Made by a program: the position numbers and the translations under genes. Below are positions 46,104 to 50,790 of a stretch of 50,790 bases of DNA, piece by piece. The notes below the pieces were generated by a model. It was not told where the DNA came from, did not search any database, and saw only the letters and a list, made by a program, of their open reading frames with translations. Numbering within the stretch: the first letter of the stretch is position 1; each line of letters opens with the position of its first letter. This DNA is from a virus (Duplodnaviria; Caudoviricetes), in the IMG/VR virus record IMGVR_UViG_3300017912_000567, positions 1 through 50,790 of that record. The stretch is one strand, 5' to 3'.

Positions 46104-46759
46104 TCGCCCTCGTATAAACTTATAAGGGTTGAGAATGAATCATAAACATCATTATCATCAGCATTGCTCATTGCTTCATCAATAACTTTTCTGTTAAGTT
46201 GAAACAAGGCTATGTGTTCATCATTGTTTGGGTCTTTCATCAAACGTCTACAGGCATTAAGCAAACCTATTTCATCCATTGCAGTTGCAATCGGTGCTTT
46301 ATTTGACTCACTACCAAGTAACTTGTACTTGATTGCAGGTTTGGTCGGTTCTTTTTTTGTAACAGTTTTACTTGTACGTTGCATAGCTTTCTCTGCATCA
46401 TCATCTTCATTCTTTGTAGCTATTCCACAAGCCATTAGTAATGAATATCTTTTTGCATAACTTAGTGCAGAACCATAAGCCTGTGGGTCTGTTTTGGCGG
46501 CAGGTATGTGTACTTTACCTGTATTCATGCTACCACCATGTCCATAGAAAATAGTTTCTACCATTACACCATCATCACAGGGGTGGCTTACCTGTTGTAT
46601 GTATATATTGTTGTCATTCAGTGGTTTCTTTACAGAATCAAACACTGCTTTTAAAGTTGCATAATCACTTTTGAAAAAAGGATTTTTAGCATCTTGTACT
46701 ATGTGGTCAATTTCTTGTTGTGCTTTGACCAAAGCATTTATCAAAGTATCAGTTGTCAT
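46100..46759 (-). CDS. erf: ERF-family single-strand annealing protein
   Basis: KNPFFKSDYA, PQAYGSALSYAKRYSL...GI...DDDA. Confidence 0.93.
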   Translation of the reverse strand: MTTDTLINALVKAQQEIDHIVQDAKNPFFKSDYATLKAVFDSVKKPLNDNNIYIQQVSHPCDDGVMVETIFYGHGGSMNTGKVHIPAAKTDPQAYGSALSYAKRYSLLMACGIATKNEDDDAEKAMQRTSKTVTKKEPTKPAIKYKLLGSESNKAPIATAMDEIGLLNACRRLMKDPNNDEHIALFQLNRKVIDEAMSNADDNDVYDSFSTLISLYEGE

Positions 46760-46768
46760 TTTATTTCC

Positions 46769-47560
46769 TCATATGAAAAATAATTCTTTAGCACCAACGA
46801 TTTCATTAGCACCCCATTGCTTAGACCAATCCTCATTTGAAATGTCAGGTTCTAGACATGACAAATAACAGACTTCTCTAATATCGCTTGATAAAGATAA
46901 TAGTCGCATCATCTTAAAAGCAATTCTTTTTAGATCACCAAAGTGTTGATCTGTGTTCTGTATCTCAAATACTGTAAGTTCTTTTTTTGTTTTGGTTGAC
47001 TGTATGCAATCTATAAATGGTTTTTTGTCTGTAGCTTTTGCATAGAAGGATAGTTGTCTGTTGTAGTCTTGTTTTAGTTTTGGTGGCAATGCTGTAGTTT
47101 TTATATCACGTACCTGTGTTTCATATTCAAGGTCTGTATATCCAATAATTGGTACTGGCAAATCATCAATCTCTAGTTCTACACGATTCTGTACAGCAGT
47201 AGGTGTGCCATATGCTCTGAATAAATCTAGCATTGAATCTATGGTGTCATGCAATAACTCTTTTTTCTTTTCGCAACCCTGAAAGTCATAATCAGCTTTG
47301 TTTTTTTCTACATCATCATATATGGCATCATAGCTTTCGTAAGCTACCTTCATACAATCATTTACAGTTGCATCATTTTGTAACCCATGTGTTATGCCAT
47401 GTTCTAAACAAGTTCCGTAACTCATTGCAGGAGAAAATGCTCTGTCCTTATAACCTGCTATGTTCACAAGCCATTTTGCAGGGTCTTTTAGAAATTTACT
47501 TATAGATGATGGACTTAGATATTCCACACCATGATCTTCAAAAGGATTATTACTACTCAT
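46769..47560 (-). CDS. PD-(D/E)XK exonuclease
   Basis: YLSPSSI, IIGYTD...RDIKT, RQLSFY. Confidence 0.85.
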   Translation of the reverse strand: MSSNNPFEDHGVEYLSPSSISKFLKDPAKWLVNIAGYKDRAFSPAMSYGTCLEHGITHGLQNDATVNDCMKVAYESYDAIYDDVEKNKADYDFQGCEKKKELLHDTIDSMLDLFRAYGTPTAVQNRVELEIDDLPVPIIGYTDLEYETQVRDIKTTALPPKLKQDYNRQLSFYAKATDKKPFIDCIQSTKTKKELTVFEIQNTDQHFGDLKRIAFKMMRLLSLSSDIREVCYLSCLEPDISNEDWSKQWGANEIVGAKELFFI

Positions 47561-47584
47561 ATCAATTCTCAATGTATTTGACTA

Positions 47585-47636
47585 ATTATACCCATAGTGG
47601 GTAGATAATCAACTTAATTGTTGTTAGACTACAAAC
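47585..47636. promoter_or_regulatory. Overlapping divergent promoters with a palindromic operator
   Basis: Plus: TAGATA-17-TAGACT-6-ATG. Minus: TTGATT-16-TATAAT. TACCCA-TAG-TGGGTA at 47589-47603. Confidence 0.7.
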
Positions 47637-47849
47637 ATGAAACTAAATGAATATTTAAAACAAAGGAAAATCAAACAAAAAGATTTTCTTACGATATGCC
47701 AAGCACATGGCAAAGTTTCACATGGTGCATTAGCAAAATGGTGTAACGGTCAACGTATACCACGCTATAACGAAATGCACATAATCTATAAAGCTACACG
47801 TGGCGAAGTAAAAGCAGACGATTTTTACGACATAGGTATTGCAAAATAA
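47637..47849 (+). CDS. Cro-like HTH regulator
   Basis: MKLNEYL...ALAKWCNGQRIPR...IYKATRGEVKADDFY. Confidence 0.85.
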   Translation: MKLNEYLKQRKIKQKDFLTICQAHGKVSHGALAKWCNGQRIPRYNEMHIIYKATRGEVKADDFYDIGIAK

Positions 47850-47873
47850 TATTCAATGCCCATAATGGGTTGC

Positions 47874-48485
47874 ATGAGTATACAAGCCCTTTCATGGTGT
47901 ATTAAACAGGATTGTGATACACCGACAACAAAACTAATACTTTTTTTACTTTCAAATTATGCAGACGAAAACAATAGTTGTTACCCAAGTGAAAAGCATT
48001 TAGGAAAACTTGCAGGTGTTTCTGATAGAACAGTAAGACGATCACTTAAATGGTTAAGTGAAAATAATATGGTTGATATAAAACCCAAGTTGGGTACAAG
48101 CAACAGATACATTGTAAGGGTGGACAGTACTGTGGACACCAGTGACCACCCCCCTAGGACGTCCATGACCAGTAATACTAAAGATTATACTAAACTATAC
48201 GACCATGAGTTTGAGAACTGGTGGAATATCTATCCTCGCAAGGTTAATAAATATCAAGCTAAAATTAAATACAGATCAGCTAGAAAAAAATATGCAAAAG
48301 ATTTACTAGAAAAAACTACAGAGTTTTTTTCACAAGTTTGTACACAACAAGGTACAGAAGAAAGATTTATACCACACCCTAGTACATGGCTAAACCAAAA
48401 AAGGTTTCTAGACTATGAATACAAACACGGTACTGTTAAGGTTCGTAAGAAAACAAATAATTCACTAAATAATATTGCAGGATAA
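47874..48485 (+). CDS. Replication initiator (lambda O-like, N-terminal wHTH)
   Basis: KLILFLLSNYAD...CYPS...LAGVSDRTVRRSL, FENWWNIYPRK, IPHPSTWLNQKR. Confidence 0.88.
   Translation: MSIQALSWCIKQDCDTPTTKLILFLLSNYADENNSCYPSEKHLGKLAGVSDRTVRRSLKWLSENNMVDIKPKLGTSNRYIVRVDSTVDTSDHPPRTSMTSNTKDYTKLYDHEFENWWNIYPRKVNKYQAKIKYRSARKKYAKDLLEKTTEFFSQVCTQQGTEERFIPHPSTWLNQKRFLDYEYKHGTVKVRKKTNNSLNNIAG
48122..48200. other. Candidate replication origin (iteron-like repeats inside the initiator gene)
   Basis: GGACAGTACTGTGG, GGACACCAGTGACC, GGACGTCCATGACC, then an AT-rich tract. Confidence 0.5.
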
Positions 48486-48487
48486 AA

Positions 48488-50188
48488 ATGATGATTGAAA
48501 ATAAATTAAATGAAAAAGGTATTAGAGTAAAACACACACAGGTTGGTAATCAAAAAACCAAGTGTCCTGAATGTCAACCACCACACGATAGTCGTGATAG
48601 ACCACTTAGTGTCAACATAAAAGATGATGGTAGTGCTGTATGGTTATGTCATCATTGCGATTTCAAAGGTGGTACTGGTGAAACAAATTACACACCAGTT
48701 AAGAAAACATATGTGCGACCTGAAACACCAAACGACCCAACGAAACCACAAACAATGTATACCTACTTTGCTGAACGGTGCATACACAAAGAAACTGTAG
48801 ATGCCTTTGATTTGTACGTGGAGAATGGTTGGGTGGCATTTCCCTATCTAAACAAAGATAACGAAGTTGTTAATATCAAATATAGAACACGTGATAAGAA
48901 GTTTAAGCAAACACCTAATGCAGAGAGATCACTTTTCAACTATCAGAATGTACATGATAGAGAAGAGGTAATATTTGTAGAAGGTGAAATGGATGTGCTT
49001 TCCTTGTATGAGATAGGATTCACAAACGCAACATCACTTTCAGATGGCGCACCCAAAGAAGCCAAGTTCAAAGATAATGATGCAAGATTTAAAGCACTAG
49101 AAAACTGTGATCTACAGGCAACCAAAATAATTATATTTACAGATAATGACCAAGCAGGTAAAGCATTGCATGATGAATTACTACATAGATTCGGTAAAGA
49201 TATTTGTTGGTATGTACAGATTCCTAGTGATTGCAAAGATGCTAATGATGTACTTATGAAACATGGTACAGAAAAACTAAGAGAAGTTATTGAGAGTGCC
49301 GTGCCATATCCAGTAGATGGATTATATACGGTCAATCAATATCAAGGCTCTGTCATTGATCTTTACAACGGTAACTATGTAAAACCATTAGAAGTTGGTT
49401 ATCCTTCATTAGACGAGATATACAAGATTCTCAAGGGTACATTTCACTGTATTACAGGTATACCTAATCATGGTAAGTCGTATTTCCTAGATCAAATGCT
49501 TATAAAAATATCCCAACAACATGATTGGCGATATGCAATATTTTCACCTGAACATTCAACAGCAATGCACATACGAAGGTTAGTACAAATGTATAATGAA
49601 AAACCTTTTGATCTTGGTGATGATAATAGAATGTCTAGCCAAGAACTACAAAGGGGTATGGAATGGATAAACAACCATTTCTATTTTATAGAAACAAAAG
49701 ACACAGTGCCTAGTATTGATTACATATTAGAGGTTGCTAAAAAAAGCATCTACAAATATGGGGTAAATGCCATTGTGATAGACCCATACAATGAGGTATC
49801 AGCAGTACGTAGTGGTAATACACGTGAAGATGAACACATACGTGACTTTATCTCTAAATGTAAAAGGTTTGCACGTGTGCATGACATTGTTGTGTGGGTT
49901 GTTGCACACCCTACAAAACTACCAAAGAGTACAGACGGTGGATATGCACCACCAACTGCATATGACATATCAGGTGCTAGTCATTGGCACAATCAAAGTG
50001 ACTGTATTCTTACAATACATAGAGATTTTGACGATAACACTACAACAGTTATGACACGTAAGATTAGAGAGCAAGACCTTTACGGAAAAATAGGACAAGC
50101 TAAGTTTCAGTTTGATACACAAAAAAGAGTATTCAAAGAGTTTACATATGACATAGATTTTGAGATACCACACTGGATGGACAAATGA
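48488..50188 (+). CDS. Primase-helicase (T7 gp4 / Twinkle-like)
   Basis: Zn finger CPEC...CHHC, TOPRIM VEGEMD/DNDQAG/CKDAND, helicase TGIPNHGKS, IDPYN, VAHPTK, YDISGASHW. Confidence 0.95.
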   Translation: MMIENKLNEKGIRVKHTQVGNQKTKCPECQPPHDSRDRPLSVNIKDDGSAVWLCHHCDFKGGTGETNYTPVKKTYVRPETPNDPTKPQTMYTYFAERCIHKETVDAFDLYVENGWVAFPYLNKDNEVVNIKYRTRDKKFKQTPNAERSLFNYQNVHDREEVIFVEGEMDVLSLYEIGFTNATSLSDGAPKEAKFKDNDARFKALENCDLQATKIIIFTDNDQAGKALHDELLHRFGKDICWYVQIPSDCKDANDVLMKHGTEKLREVIESAVPYPVDGLYTVNQYQGSVIDLYNGNYVKPLEVGYPSLDEIYKILKGTFHCITGIPNHGKSYFLDQMLIKISQQHDWRYAIFSPEHSTAMHIRRLVQMYNEKPFDLGDDNRMSSQELQRGMEWINNHFYFIETKDTVPSIDYILEVAKKSIYKYGVNAIVIDPYNEVSAVRSGNTREDEHIRDFISKCKRFARVHDIVVWVVAHPTKLPKSTDGGYAPPTAYDISGASHWHNQSDCILTIHRDFDDNTTTVMTRKIREQDLYGKIGQAKFQFDTQKRVFKEFTYDIDFEIPHWMDK

Positions 50189-50214
50189 TGTGTTGAGGGT
50201 ATAATCAACCCATA

Positions 50215-50790
50215 ATGGATATTGTAATAAAATCAGTTGATGATCTTGTACCCTACTTTCAAAACCCAAGAGTAATATCTAACCAAGCTATTGAACAAGT
50301 AGCAAAGTCATTCCAAGAACACGGAATACAACAACCTATCTGCATTGATAAAGATAATGTTGTAGTAGCCGGTCACACACGTTTATTAGCAGCAAAGAAA
50401 CTTGGATACACCGAAGTACCTTGCACCGTCTATGACGATACACCTGAAAAAACCAATGCTTACAGACTAGCAGATAACAAGGTGGCAGAATTCTCAACAT
50501 GGGAAAATGAGTTCCTTGATGATGAACTTAAAAAGTTAAGAGATCAGGGTATAGGTGTAGCAGGTTTTGATATGCCTGAAATGAAACAAGAATATGAATC
50601 TTTTGATGATCTTATTGAAGATGATGCTCAAATTGATGAAGTCGGATACAATGCTAGAGAACTGTCAAACCAGTTACCATTAATGTTTTACTTGGAACAA
50701 GAACATAGAGATGAAATTATGCAGGTTTTAGAAAAGATTAGAGATGAAAAAGATTTAGAAACAAAATCAAATGCACTTTTATATTTAGTG
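50215..50790 (+). CDS. ParB/Srx N-terminal-domain protein; wraps the origin and ends at TGA 154-156 (196 aa); absent from the ORF track
   Basis: Manual translation MDIVIKSVDDLVPYFQNPRVISNQAIEQVAKSFQEHGIQQPICIDKDNVVVAGHTRLLAAKKLGYTEVPC shows the NPR, QPI and AGHTR motifs. Its stop overlaps the next ATG (ATGA 153-156). Confidence 0.92.
   Translation, partial: MDIVIKSVDDLVPYFQNPRVISNQAIEQVAKSFQEHGIQQPICIDKDNVVVAGHTRLLAAKKLGYTEVPCTVYDDTPEKTNAYRLADNKVAEFSTWENEFLDDELKKLRDQGIGVAGFDMPEMKQEYESFDDLIEDDAQIDEVGYNARELSNQLPLMFYLEQEHRDEIMQVLEKIRDEKDLETKSNALLYLV
50650..50790. repeat. Terminal direct repeat (copy of 1-141)
   Basis: Exact 141-nt match to the window start. Confidence 0.97.

Noticed and set aside
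46769-47560. Cas4 / CRISPR adaptation gene
   Set aside because: PD-(D/E)XK nuclease beside ERF and lacking the four-Cys Fe-S pattern; a phage recombination exonuclease is more likely.
43697-47849. Lysogeny module
   Set aside because: HTH regulators are present, but I saw no integrase, ParA or peptidase-bearing CI; lifestyle is unresolved.

Overview
The window is an essentially complete, circularly assembled, AT-rich tailed-phage genome. Bases 1-141 are identical to 50650-50790, giving a unit length of about 50,649 bp. It has an HK97-fold head and a non-contractile GTA/TP901-like tail. Gene order: ParB-cupin-PAPS-reductase(IbrA-like)-ParB(IbrB-like) cassette across the junction; leftward amidoligase/gamma-glutamylcyclotransferase unit; terminase, portal, head-morphogenesis protein, prohead protease, capsid; a ~14 kb fibre/lectin block placed inside the head module; neck and tail genes with a -1 frameshift chaperone; a curli-secretion-like module (CsgF, CsgG, curlin-repeat protein, FecR-domain protein) flanked by lysis-type genes (holin-like, spanins, SNase, GH24 lysozyme); leftward ERF/PD-(D/E)XK recombination genes; and divergent Cro-like, initiator and Twinkle-like primase-helicase genes. 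I saw no integrase, DNA polymerase, tRNA, CRISPR array or reverse transcriptase. Most notable: the curli/FecR module in a siphovirus-type genome, the ParB/cupin/PAPS-reductase cassette (candidate DNA modification), an apparent genome-wide avoidance of CCAG[A/C/G], and a lambda-PRM-like leaderless promoter with palindromic operators. All family calls come from motif recognition by eye, not database searches.
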